Assembly (NCBI GenBank): GCA_964429865.1
Contig: CAYSDK010000003.1
Coordinates: forward strand, 1-52,828
Origin: an uncultured bacterium
GTDB taxonomy: Bacteria; Methylomirabilota; Methylomirabilia; Methylomirabilales; CSP1-5
Length of the DNA: 52,828 nt
Direction of reading: 5' to 3'
Shown: in pieces, positions 36,917-45,528 of the stretch
How the letters are laid out: the number at the start of each line of letters is the position of its first letter
Numbering within the stretch: position 1 is the first letter of the stretch
Program-made: the position numbers and the translations under genes
The notes under the pieces: model-generated
Databases searched by the model: none
Told to the model about the DNA's origin: nothing
What the model saw: the letters and a program-made list of their open reading frames with translations, nothing else

Positions 36917-37311
36917 GGCTCCACCTTCACCAGGACTCCCCGGGCCTCAGCCACGACCACACCCTCGGCCGTGGCTGCCTGACTCTCCACCTCGAGCGTC
37001 CTCCGCCCATTTCGGAGAATTCTCCCGACAAAGTGAAGACGCTCCCCCACCCTGGCGGGCTGCCTGAGCCGGACCTCCAATTTGCCGGTCACGGCCCTCA
37101 CGCCGCGGAGCCAACACCCGTTGACCATCACCTCGTCGAGGATGGTAGCGATGATGCCTCCATGGACGATGTCCCGGAAGCCCTGGAACGCCGGTGTCGG
37201 GAGAAAACTCGTGCGCACTTCCGTCTGCCCGACGAGCTCGAAGTCGAGGTGGAGCCCCGCAGGATTCTTCTTGCCGCAGACAAAACACATCTGATCATCC
37301 ACAAATTCCAT
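36913..37311 (-). CDS. Hotdog-fold (PaaI-like) acyl-CoA thioesterase
   Basis: CFVCGKKNPAGLHLDF N-terminal motif and HGGIIATILDEVM catalytic region. 4-nt overlap with the downstream DUF62 gene. Confidence 0.75.
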   Translation of the reverse strand: MEFVDDQMCFVCGKKNPAGLHLDFELVGQTEVRTSFLPTPAFQGFRDIVHGGIIATILDEVMVNGCWLRGVRAVTGKLEVRLRQPARVGERLHFVGRILRNGRRTLEVESQAATAEGVVVAEARGVLVKVEP

Positions 37312-37547
37312 CGCCTCCCCCTACCTTCCTCCGTAGCGTCTGAAAAACTGGCAGTTGCCTGAAATTCGTCCACCGCCAACCCCAAGATCTCGCCCGCCGG
37401 AGCAAAGCGGAGGCGGGGGATGGCCGACCCGTGGAATGTTGCGCTGGCGAAGGCCCACTCTCCGAGCCTCTCTCAAACCGCTCCGCGCCAACTTTCCCGT
37501 TGACTTTTTCCGCTCCCCTCTTTAGAGATAGAGAGATACCACGTGTT

Positions 37548-37634
37548 GCCGAAGTGGCGGAACTGGTAGACGCGCATGATTCAGGGTCATGTGGGCGTAA
37601 GCCTGTGGGGGTTCGAGTCCCCCCTTCGGCACCA
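37548..37634 (+). tRNA. tRNA-Leu (anticodon CAG), CCA encoded
   Basis: The hand-folded cloverleaf has these parts:
- acceptor GCCGAAG/CTTCGGC
- anticodon stem CATGA/TCATG with loop TTCAGGG
- long variable arm TGGGCGTAAGCCTGT
- T-arm GGGGG-TTCGAGT-CCCCC
- discriminator A plus CCA. Confidence 0.9.
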
Positions 37635-37758
37635 CCCCATCCCTCCCCTGAAATCAAGCGCCTTTCACCGCTTCCCCCAAGCCCCGGCCCTCGGTCGATC
37701 CCCTGTTGGCACATACCCTGCAGTATCATTCTTGGTGTCACCACCAGGAGGGCGGGCG

Positions 37759-38019
37759 ATGGATCTCGATTTCCCAGGCGAAACCTCAGGGGTAAGCCCT
37801 TATTTCGCACCCGGATTTGCCCTCGGCTATGCTGCAGCACTCGCGCACCTTTGGGGGCCAGAAGAGGCCGAGGGTGTCGCCCGATTCTTCGCGGCCCACG
37901 ACTTCTCTGACACTTTTGCGTACGGCATCTCCCCCGACCACTGGTACCCCTGGACTCGGGCGATGATCCTCGCACGCGACCCACGGACCCAAGCCTGGAG
38001 AGCCTCCTGGAGTAATTGA
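37759..38019 (+). CDS. Hypothetical 86-aa protein (uncertain)
   Basis: ATG has AGGAGG 8 nt upstream. Trp/aromatic-rich product MDLDFPGETSGVSPYFAPGF...DHWYPWTRAMILARDP. Overlaps antisense with the alternative ORF 37827..38189 (-). Only one of the two, or neither, can be real. Confidence 0.3.
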   Translation: MDLDFPGETSGVSPYFAPGFALGYAAALAHLWGPEEAEGVARFFAAHDFSDTFAYGISPDHWYPWTRAMILARDPRTQAWRASWSN

Positions 38020-38241
38020 CTTTCTCGCGATGTCGCCCGGTCAATGAGTCCCCCCAAGACCCTCGCAATCTCGTCGCGCGGTGGAGAGTATCGGTCGGCC
38101 ATTTCAACGCCCGCCGCATCCTGTCCCATCCGCGGCCCGAGGACCATTCCGCCTGTCGGCGCTCCATAGCGCACCAGGAGAGGGCCCAAGGCCTCCCTCG
38201 TAATCTTTCCAGCCTGGAGGCGGTTTCCCGCCGGCTCTCCT

Positions 38242-39321
38242 TTAAAACTCCGGGGACATAAAGGGGGAAGGGGTGATCAGACAGAGGAGGAGGACCAGGG
38301 CGCCGAGGGCCAAGAGGCGCCGTGTGGGGTCGAGGAGGGTCACGTCGTTCATGGGCTGGGGATGCTTGAAACCGAGCATGAACCCCAGAAAGGCCCAGAA
38401 GAGCCAGCCGAGCCAGAAGGTGAGCCCGAGAAGGGCCAACACAACAGCGGTGACGAATGCCAGCTTTTCCGACTGCCGGCCCACCAAGGCATACGCAATA
38501 TGCCCCCCGTCGAGCTGCCCGAGGGGCAGGAGGTTCAGCGCGGTGACAAAGAGGCCGATCCACCCGGCGAAGGCCACCGGGTGCAACAGGACATCCATCC
38601 CCTCCGGGATCGGCCCCAAAACCATTCCCTGCACCAACGTGAACAGGAGGGGTGATCCCAGGGAGATACCCAACCTCCCCCCGCTAGGAACGATCTCGGA
38701 GAGGCGGAGCCCGATCATCAAGACGGGGATGGCGAGAGCAAGGCCGGCCAATGGGCCCGCGATCCCGATATCGAACAGGCTGCGCCGGTCAATGACCGGA
38801 GATCTCATCTTGATGAAGGCCCCGAAGGTGCCGAGACCGACGGGCGCGGGAATGAAATACGGAAGGGTCACCTGGACGCCATACCGCCTTGCCGTCAGGT
38901 AATGGCCCATCTCGTGAACGCCCAGGATGGAGAGGAGGCTCACGGAAAACGGCAGGCCCACCAGGAGACTGGTCGGATCGCTGAAAGGATCGGCCCCCTG
39001 CCCCAGGGCGCCGACGAAAAGGGTGGTGAAGACGGTGGTGACGAAGAGGAGGATCTGGGGCCAGGGCTTCTCGGCCACTCCGCGCTTCGCACCTGCAGGG
39101 ATCGGGAGGATGAGGATCTCGCGTGTGCTGGGCAGGAGCGGGAGAAATCCGACCGGCTCGAGTCGCTGCCGCAGGATCGCCACGGCGGTTTCAGGCTGGG
39201 CCAGCAGATTGCCCCGAAACCGAACGGCCGCACCCTGGACCTGCCACTCTTCGACCTCGAAGACGCCAAAGAGTTGCCCGGCGAGAAAATACCCGATGCC
39301 TTCCGATTCCCGCTCGTGCAT
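38242..39321 (-). CDS. Site-2 protease family (M50) intramembrane zinc metalloprotease
   Basis: HEMGHYLTARRYGV (HExxH) in a polytopic membrane protein, with a second motif region LPLGQLDGGH. Confidence 0.8.
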   Translation of the reverse strand: MHERESEGIGYFLAGQLFGVFEVEEWQVQGAAVRFRGNLLAQPETAVAILRQRLEPVGFLPLLPSTREILILPIPAGAKRGVAEKPWPQILLFVTTVFTTLFVGALGQGADPFSDPTSLLVGLPFSVSLLSILGVHEMGHYLTARRYGVQVTLPYFIPAPVGLGTFGAFIKMRSPVIDRRSLFDIGIAGPLAGLALAIPVLMIGLRLSEIVPSGGRLGISLGSPLLFTLVQGMVLGPIPEGMDVLLHPVAFAGWIGLFVTALNLLPLGQLDGGHIAYALVGRQSEKLAFVTAVVLALLGLTFWLGWLFWAFLGFMLGFKHPQPMNDVTLLDPTRRLLALGALVLLLCLITPSPFMSPEF

Positions 39322-39358
39322 GATCCGTCCGCCTTATACCACTGCCTAAGCGGCTGAG

Positions 39359-41737
39359 TCAAAGCCTTTCCCGGCCGCTCGGGATGAGCTCCAGGACCTC
39401 AGAGACGGATGCCGCCTCCGGCATCATCGGGTGGTATCTTCCGTGCCGCCAATCGGGTAGCTGATCGGCGTAATGGCGAGAGAAAGGATCCCCCGAGCTT
39501 CCACCCGGAATAACCCAGAGGGACTGGTCGGGACTTCCGAGGTCCACGATCTGTCGGTAGGCGGGTCCCACCCCAGGCTCAAAGGGGTGGGAGAGGAGGT
39601 AGGCGGCCACATTGACCGTCATCCCATCCCCCGGATGAGGAAAGGGGCCGCGGTTGAATTGAAGGACCCGGTTCAGGAGCCGGCTCCTCCAGTCTCGACC
39701 GGCGCCCAACGGGTGTCGCAGGGTCAAGGCATGAAGGGCACCCCAGGCCCATCGCTCTTCCCCTCCGAGCTCCCCCGTGAGAAACGCCACCGCCTCCTCG
39801 AGCGCCCGTCCGACGACAACCGTTCGCCCACCGGGCATCCACTCAGGATCACCCTCCTCCAGGACCCGTCCCACGGGATTGACCGGCAGATGCAGAAGCG
39901 AGAAGTAGCCCCGATAGAGATCTGGCGCCACCTGGTTGAGCCTATCGGCGAAGATCAAAAAGCGCAGGCGCTCGTAAAAGACATGGTAGAGCGCCGCCTC
40001 TCCACTCTCCGCCGCCATCCGAAAGTCCCACTGCAGGAGTCGATCCGCACCCTGTCTCGCCCTGCCGGTGAGCTCCCCGGCCACCGGGGCAAGTACCTGC
40101 CTGACCACCGCCCTGGCCTGGAGTGACACCACGTCCCCTTGGATCGTCGCCATGTCCGCCACGTCGAGCCCCCCCCGCTCGAGCAGCTCGATGATCCGTC
40201 GGGCCCGATATCCGGGCTCCCACAGATATGTCAGTTGATGCGGATACGTCTCATCCACGATCCGGTGATTGGCGGTCGCGATCAGGCCGGAGGGGGGGTT
40301 GATCAGGGAGGGAAGTTCGTCGAAAGGGATGTCCCCCTGCCATTCTGAGGCCCCGGAGGATCCGTCTACGGGAAAGGGGCCGTCTCCCTTTCGGCGCCTC
40401 GGAAAACGCCCGGCACAGAAGTAGGCATAGTTTCCCCTCTGGTCGGCATAGAGAAAATTCTGGGCGGGCAGGGCGAAGTCCCGGAGCGCGTCCCGAAACT
40501 CCTCCGGGTCTTTAGCTTGGGAGATCTTGAGCATGGCATCCATCTCCCGCGAGGGCTCAAGTCCCGTCCAGCGGAGGGAGAGCGGCGTATCGAGGGGAAG
40601 GATATCACTCAGCAGGGGGCAGTCGGCACCGCCATGCGGGATGTACCGGATGGCGATGCGGCGCGCCGGACCGTTACGCACTCGGATCTCCTCCACCTCC
40701 ACCTTGAGGCGGCGCCACTCCCCCTGGAAAGCATAGAGGTGCGGATCTGACGGGTGAAGGGTCTCCCGGTACACGTCGGCATCGTCGGGCATGGCCGAGG
40801 TGACGCCCCAGGCTGCCTTCGCATTCGCCCCGATGATGATGGTTGGAATACCTGGAACGGTTGCTCCCCCCACGTGGTACCCCGCTCCCCTCAGGGTGAC
40901 CTGGCAGAAGAGGCAGGGCAGGCCCATCGGCAGATGCGGATCGTTACAGAGCAGGGGATGGCCGCTCTGTGTCCGGCCGGGCCCGACCACCCAACTGTTG
41001 CTGCCGCCGACGCCGTCACCCAAGAAGCCTCCCCCCGCCACGATCACCGGCTCCCCTTCCGGGTACATCGGCAAGAGGGGAAAGAGATCCGGTCGTGTGG
41101 CGAACGCCCCCAGCACGAGCTCCGCCCTGGCGGCGAAACACAGCATCCACGCAATGAAACGGCCCACCGCCAGACTGTCTTGGGGCTTCCAGGGCTCCGG
41201 CTCGTACCCGAGCAGGTAAAATTCTAGAGGAAGGCATCGTGCTTCCTGCATCAAGGCGATGACCGCGTTGACACCAGCGGTATACCGCTCGAGGATCGAG
41301 CGTGCCTCAGGGGAAATGATCTCGTAAGACGCGTGCGCCACGCGAACAAAGCCCAGGGCGCGGTGCAGCGAGTCCAGCTGAACGACGGAAGCAGGCTGGA
41401 GGCGGGCACCGGGTCTGCCGCCAAGCGTCCGATCCCCCAGGATCTCCGCGAGCTGGCCTCGAGTCAGCCGTCGATAGAGATCCATCTGCCACAGCCGATC
41501 CTGGGCCATGGCGTAGCCGAAACCGAAGAAAAGGTCAGCGGGGTCCTGGGCGTGGATGGTGGGGATCCCGAGGCGGTCGCGCGAGATCGTGACAGGCCCG
41601 TCGAGACCGACGACCGCCTGTCGCCCGCTCCGCTTCAAGGTCAGGTGGGATGGCAGACGTGGGAAGAGGGGCGTGAGGAGACGTGCGGCAAGGAGGGTCA
41701 GGAGACGAAGAGTCCGATCGATCGGCGTGATCGCCAT
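39359..41737 (-). CDS. Penicillin acylase family Ntn-hydrolase (possible acyl-homoserine-lactone / beta-lactam acylase)
   Basis: 792 aa. The GG-SNSWVVGPGRTQSGHPLLCNDPHL motif has the nucleophilic Ser at the autoprocessing site, typical of PvdQ/QuiP/PGA-type acylases. Confidence 0.85.
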   Translation of the reverse strand: MAITPIDRTLRLLTLLAARLLTPLFPRLPSHLTLKRSGRQAVVGLDGPVTISRDRLGIPTIHAQDPADLFFGFGYAMAQDRLWQMDLYRRLTRGQLAEILGDRTLGGRPGARLQPASVVQLDSLHRALGFVRVAHASYEIISPEARSILERYTAGVNAVIALMQEARCLPLEFYLLGYEPEPWKPQDSLAVGRFIAWMLCFAARAELVLGAFATRPDLFPLLPMYPEGEPVIVAGGGFLGDGVGGSNSWVVGPGRTQSGHPLLCNDPHLPMGLPCLFCQVTLRGAGYHVGGATVPGIPTIIIGANAKAAWGVTSAMPDDADVYRETLHPSDPHLYAFQGEWRRLKVEVEEIRVRNGPARRIAIRYIPHGGADCPLLSDILPLDTPLSLRWTGLEPSREMDAMLKISQAKDPEEFRDALRDFALPAQNFLYADQRGNYAYFCAGRFPRRRKGDGPFPVDGSSGASEWQGDIPFDELPSLINPPSGLIATANHRIVDETYPHQLTYLWEPGYRARRIIELLERGGLDVADMATIQGDVVSLQARAVVRQVLAPVAGELTGRARQGADRLLQWDFRMAAESGEAALYHVFYERLRFLIFADRLNQVAPDLYRGYFSLLHLPVNPVGRVLEEGDPEWMPGGRTVVVGRALEEAVAFLTGELGGEERWAWGALHALTLRHPLGAGRDWRSRLLNRVLQFNRGPFPHPGDGMTVNVAAYLLSHPFEPGVGPAYRQIVDLGSPDQSLWVIPGGSSGDPFSRHYADQLPDWRHGRYHPMMPEAASVSEVLELIPSGRERL

Positions 41738-41892
41738 CGGCCCGGTTTAGTGCCGTTCCAACGTGTTGTGCCTATTGCCTAACAGGAATCCAGCGAGTCG
41801 TCTCTTCAAGAATCGATCTCCTTTTCTGGTCTTGAGGAAGCGTTCGCGGCATGGGGGATTGCCTCGCCTTGGCGAAAATAGTTGGAACGGTA

Positions 41893-42810
41893 CTAGCGAG
41901 ACGGCTTCACCCGTCTGCTCAGGTCGGCATACCGAAAATTTCCAACAATGGTGAGACGCCGAAAGGTGAACTGAGACGGAAAGGGGCCGTAGGGCGCCGC
42001 GGCCCGTACAGCCTGAACCGCCGCGTCATCCAGGACGGACGTCCCGGAACTTTCGGTGATCTCGAGGTGGGCCACGTTTCCGTCCGCCGTGATGCTGAAG
42101 ACCAGGACGAGCTTTCCAGTCAGACCAGTCTCTCTCGCGTAAGGCGGAATCTCCCAATGTCGCTCGATCCGACGCTTGACGTCGGCAAGGTAGGGGGCAT
42201 ACTCTGAGTTCTGGGTCTCCAGCGAAACAATGCGCTCGTCCGTTCCGGTATCCCCCTGCTCCCCGGCGTCGACGCCTTTCCCACCCACGGAGGATCCCTG
42301 TTTCCCCAATTTTGCGATCTCTTCTCGGAGCGAGGGACGAGAAGAGGTGGGCGGGCTCGGGGACGAATCCGGCCGCGCCAGGCGTTGCGACTCTCCGGCG
42401 GACTCGGATGTGGGAGCCCGCGGCAGGGGCGGCTGCCGGGGGACGGGAGGCGAGGCAGGCGCTTCCGCGACCTTTCCGGCCTCGGGAGAAGGCGAGGCAC
42501 GTCCCGGCTTCGGAGTCCCTGAGCTTTCAGGGGTGGTCGACGGGCCCGGAACCCTTCCGGGACCCCGGGCCTCACTCGTAACCTGGGAGATGTCCTTGCT
42601 CTTCACCGGCCTGGTTGCACCTGGCGCATCCTCTTGATCGATGAACCGGGGGATCTCATTCGGAGGGAGCAGACGGACCACCAAAGGAGAGGGGTCCGGG
42701 AGGTAGGGAGCCGGGATCTGGACCTTCCAGAGGAAGATCACCGAGAGCAGGTGCAACGTGAGGGAAATTCCGAGCGATCGATAAAGAAGGACGCGCTCCT
42801 CCGCCGTCAT
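41893..42810 (-). CDS. TonB family protein (N-terminal anchor, Pro/Ser-rich linker, TonB C-terminal domain)
   Basis: The start MTAEERVLLYRSLGISLTLHLL at 42810 lies just after the recN stop. C-terminus YAPYLADVKRRIERHW..P.......G...L.F.I..DG.V....I..SSG...LD.AA..AV. The longer ORF to 43407 overlaps recN out of frame. Confidence 0.75.
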   Translation of the reverse strand: MTAEERVLLYRSLGISLTLHLLSVIFLWKVQIPAPYLPDPSPLVVRLLPPNEIPRFIDQEDAPGATRPVKSKDISQVTSEARGPGRVPGPSTTPESSGTPKPGRASPSPEAGKVAEAPASPPVPRQPPLPRAPTSESAGESQRLARPDSSPSPPTSSRPSLREEIAKLGKQGSSVGGKGVDAGEQGDTGTDERIVSLETQNSEYAPYLADVKRRIERHWEIPPYARETGLTGKLVLVFSITADGNVAHLEITESSGTSVLDDAAVQAVRAAAPYGPFPSQFTFRRLTIVGNFRYADLSRRVKPSR

Positions 42811-42832
42811 CTGCTGCCCCCGGTCCGGCCCG

Positions 42833-44551
42833 TCATCCTGCGGCCTTCCGCTGCTGTTGCTTCCAGCTCGCTGCAGCGCGCAACAGCTCGCGGGCGTGCT
42901 TGAAGGGAGTCGTGGATTTCTCCGACCCCCCGAGCATACGACCCAGCTCTTCCACCCTCTCCTCTTCGGCAAGGGGGAGTACCCGGGCCTCGGTCCGCCC
43001 TCGGTCCACCTTTTTCTCGACCCGGAGGTGCACATCGGCAAAGGCCGCGATCTGGGGGAGATGGGTAATGCAGATGACCTGGCGCTCTCGACTGACCCTC
43101 CAGAGCTTCCTGCCGACCACCTCCGCCATGCTCCCGCCGATCCCGGCATCGACTTCATCGAAGAGGAGGGTGGGAGTGTGGTCCACGGAGGCCAGGATGT
43201 TTTTGAGGGCCAGCATGGTCCGGCTGAGCTCACCCCCCGACGCGGTCTTTGCGAGCGGTCTGAAGCCCTCGCCGGGATTCGGCGCAAAGAGGAACTCTGC
43301 CTCTTCCAGGCCGGTCGGCCGGAGCGACCCTCGCCGATCCCCTCCCGCAACCCGCTTGAGCTCCACGCGGAAATCGGCCCGCGCCATCCCGAGCTGCTTG
43401 AGTTCACCCACCACCGCGTGGGCGAGCCGCTTCACCGCCCCTCCTCTTCCGCTCGAAAGGCGCTCCCCCCGTTCCCAGAGCTCTCCTTCCGCACCCCGGA
43501 TCTCCCCGTCGAGACCCACCAGCCGCTCCTCCGCCCCCTCTAACCGCTTGAGTTCGAGGGCGGCCTGTTCTCCGTACGCGAGGATCTCGCCGACAGTGAC
43601 CCCATATTTTTTCTTCAGACGACTGAGGGCGTGGAGGCGCTCCTCAATGCTCTCGAGGCGACGGGGATCAAAGTCGAGTCGGTCCCGGTAGTCCCGAAGG
43701 GCGAGGGCCACCTCCTTCAGCAGAGTTTTCGCCTCGTCGGCCATTGCCCCACCCGCAGAGAGTCGTGCGTCGATCCGTCCGGCCTCCCGGAGGCGGGCCT
43801 CGACAGCAAAGAGCGCCGCAAGGATCCCTCCCTCGTCCCCCTCGAGACGCCCATAGGCCTCCTCCACCGCCAGGAGGAGCTTCTCGTGATGGGTGAGGAC
43901 CGCGCGGTCCGCCTGCAATGCTTCCTCCTCCCCCTCTGTAAGATGCGCTGTATCGATCTCCCGGATCTGGTGTTCTAGCAGATCCTTGCGCTGGGCCTTT
44001 TCCCGTTCGCCCTGCTGGAGCGCGTCCCGCTCTGCGTTGAGCGCCTGCCATCGGCGATAGAGGGCCTGATAGTCCCGGACCTCTCCGGTGAGACCCCCAA
44101 AGGCATCCAGCAGCTCCAGGTGGCGCCGGGGATTCTGCAGGAACACGCTTTCGTGCTGTCCATGGATGTCGACCAGATGCTCCCCCAGCGCCTTGACCGT
44201 AGCCACTCCTGTCATCGTCCCGTTCACGTAGGCGCGGCTCCTCCCCTCCCTGGCGAGGTGGCGCCGGACGACAAGGTCGTCCTCCGCGGCCATCGGGATC
44301 CCCTGCGAGGCGAGGAGGCTTTCCACGGGGCCGGCATCGGGAATCGCAAAGGCGGCCTCGACCACCGCCTCTTCCTCTCCAGATCGGATCAGCTCGGTAT
44401 CCCCTCGCGCCCCCAGGGTCAGGCTCAGCGCACTGATGACGATCGATTTACCAGCCCCTGTCTCTCCCGTCAACACGTTCAGGCCGGGCCCGAAATTCGC
44501 CCGCAGCTGATCAACGACGGTAAAGTGCCGGATGGCAATCTCGCGCAACAC
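42833..44551 (-). CDS. recN: DNA repair protein RecN
   Basis: N-terminal (M)LREIAIRHFTVV....F.PGLNVLTGETGAGKS, long coiled coil, and C-terminal SGGELSR / LLFDEVDAGIGG. GTG at 44551 gives the canonical N-terminus with GGAG 7 nt upstream. The open frame extends to GTG 44617 through repeat element E4. Confidence 0.9.
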   Translation of the reverse strand: MLREIAIRHFTVVDQLRANFGPGLNVLTGETGAGKSIVISALSLTLGARGDTELIRSGEEEAVVEAAFAIPDAGPVESLLASQGIPMAAEDDLVVRRHLAREGRSRAYVNGTMTGVATVKALGEHLVDIHGQHESVFLQNPRRHLELLDAFGGLTGEVRDYQALYRRWQALNAERDALQQGEREKAQRKDLLEHQIREIDTAHLTEGEEEALQADRAVLTHHEKLLLAVEEAYGRLEGDEGGILAALFAVEARLREAGRIDARLSAGGAMADEAKTLLKEVALALRDYRDRLDFDPRRLESIEERLHALSRLKKKYGVTVGEILAYGEQAALELKRLEGAEERLVGLDGEIRGAEGELWERGERLSSGRGGAVKRLAHAVVGELKQLGMARADFRVELKRVAGGDRRGSLRPTGLEEAEFLFAPNPGEGFRPLAKTASGGELSRTMLALKNILASVDHTPTLLFDEVDAGIGGSMAEVVGRKLWRVSRERQVICITHLPQIAAFADVHLRVEKKVDRGRTEARVLPLAEEERVEELGRMLGGSEKSTTPFKHARELLRAAASWKQQQRKAAG

Positions 44552-44566
44552 CCCTTGGCTCCGCCT

Positions 44567-44645
44567 GGTGGTTAGTGATTGGTGGATGGTGGTTGGTGAT
44601 CTTTCCCTGCCTGTCACCAGTCACTAATCACCAGTCACCAGCCAC
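44567..44645. repeat. Heptamer-tandem palindromic element (E4), sister of E2
   Basis: GGTGGTT AGTGATT GGTGGAT GGTGGTT GGTGATC ... TGTCACC AGTCACT AATCACC AGTCACC AGCCACT. 44567-44584 pairs with 44615-44632 (16 Watson-Crick plus 2 G:T). Shares the 20-nt core CACTAATCACCAGTCACCAG with 9214-9233. Confidence 0.7.
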
Positions 44646-44647
44646 TG

Positions 44648-45520
44648 TTAGCGCTCGCCCCACCTGAGCTTCGACCGAAGGATCTCGTAGTAGCTCTTCT
44701 TCGGCGAGACGATCAGGGTGATCTCCCGGTCCGCCCGCCGAATCTCAACCAGATCCCGATACCGGAGGGGGAAACCCACCTGTCCGTCCAGGGTGAGATA
44801 CACATCTTCACCCTGGGACTCGAGGGCCACCCGCACCTTGACCTCTTCCGGAACCACCAGCGGACGGTTTGTCAGGCCGTGAGGACAAATCGGGACCAGG
44901 ATGAGCGCGCGCATGGTGGGAAAAACGATCGGCCCGCCGGCGGAGAGGCCGTAGGCGGTGGAGCCGGTCGGCGTACACACGATGAGACCATCAGCGCGAT
45001 ACGCGGTCACGTATTCCTGTTCAATGTAGATCTCGAGCTCGACGATACGGGAGAGCGCCCCCTTGGTGATCACCGCGTCGTTCAAGACGACATACTCAGC
45101 AACCGGCTCTCCCTGACGCTCTACCGTCACCTGGAGGAGCATCCGGCGACTCCCCCGATACTTCCCCGCGAGGACCGCCCCCAGGACCGGGTAGAGCTCA
45201 TCCAGCGTCACCGCCGTCAGGAAACCCAATCCCCCCAGGTTGACCCCAAGGATCGGGATCGCCTCCGATTCCACCACCCTGGCCACCGAGAGTAACGTCC
45301 CATCCCCGCCGAGCACCACGACGAGGTCTGCCATCCGCGGGACCTCGGACTTGGGTACCACGGTCGCCTCTGCCCCGACGAGCGCCGCCGTGTCCGCATC
45401 CAGGACAACCTCCCGGTCTTCCGCCCTGAGCCAGCTGATCAGGTGCTCGACCACCTCCCGGGCCTCCGGCCGGTGTGGTTTCGCCACGATACCGACCCGC
45501 TTAAAGAGTTCTCTTCCCAT
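44648..45520 (-). CDS. nadK: NAD kinase
   Basis: VVLGGDGTLL (GGDGT) motif, NDAVI, TPTGSTAYGLSAGGP. 290 aa. Confidence 0.9.
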   Translation of the reverse strand: MGRELFKRVGIVAKPHRPEAREVVEHLISWLRAEDREVVLDADTAALVGAEATVVPKSEVPRMADLVVVLGGDGTLLSVARVVESEAIPILGVNLGGLGFLTAVTLDELYPVLGAVLAGKYRGSRRMLLQVTVERQGEPVAEYVVLNDAVITKGALSRIVELEIYIEQEYVTAYRADGLIVCTPTGSTAYGLSAGGPIVFPTMRALILVPICPHGLTNRPLVVPEEVKVRVALESQGEDVYLTLDGQVGFPLRYRDLVEIRRADREITLIVSPKKSYYEILRSKLRWGER

Positions 45521-45528
45521 CCCAGACC

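Noticed and set aside
36119-37311. The DUF62-family gene coupled to a hotdog thioesterase recalls the fluorinase FlA / fluoroacetyl-CoA thioesterase FlK pairing, so a halogenase system was considered
   Set aside because: The DUF62 protein is 265 aa and keeps the Asp-Arg-His triad (DPGVGGVRR, FHGRD) of hydroxide adenosyltransferases. It lacks the fluorinase/chlorinase-specific substitutions and loop insertion. The thioesterase is PaaI-like, not FlK-like.
37348-37359. Sigma-54 promoter-like CTGGCAGTTGCC upstream of the tRNA
   Set aside because: The GG and GC elements are only 5 nt apart instead of the required 10-nt spacing (TGGCAC-N5-TTGC), so this is not a -24/-12 promoter.
37295-38563. 422-aa minus-strand ORF
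   Set aside because: It overlaps the well-folded tRNA-Leu and the 3' end of the M50 protease gene. The product is extremely Arg/Gly/Pro-rich with no motifs, so it is a shadow ORF.
41893-43407. 504-aa version of the TonB-like ORF
   Set aside because: The upstream 199 codons overlap recN in another frame and are Ser/Arg/Pro-rich junk. A plausible start with a TM anchor lies at 42810, just after the recN stop.
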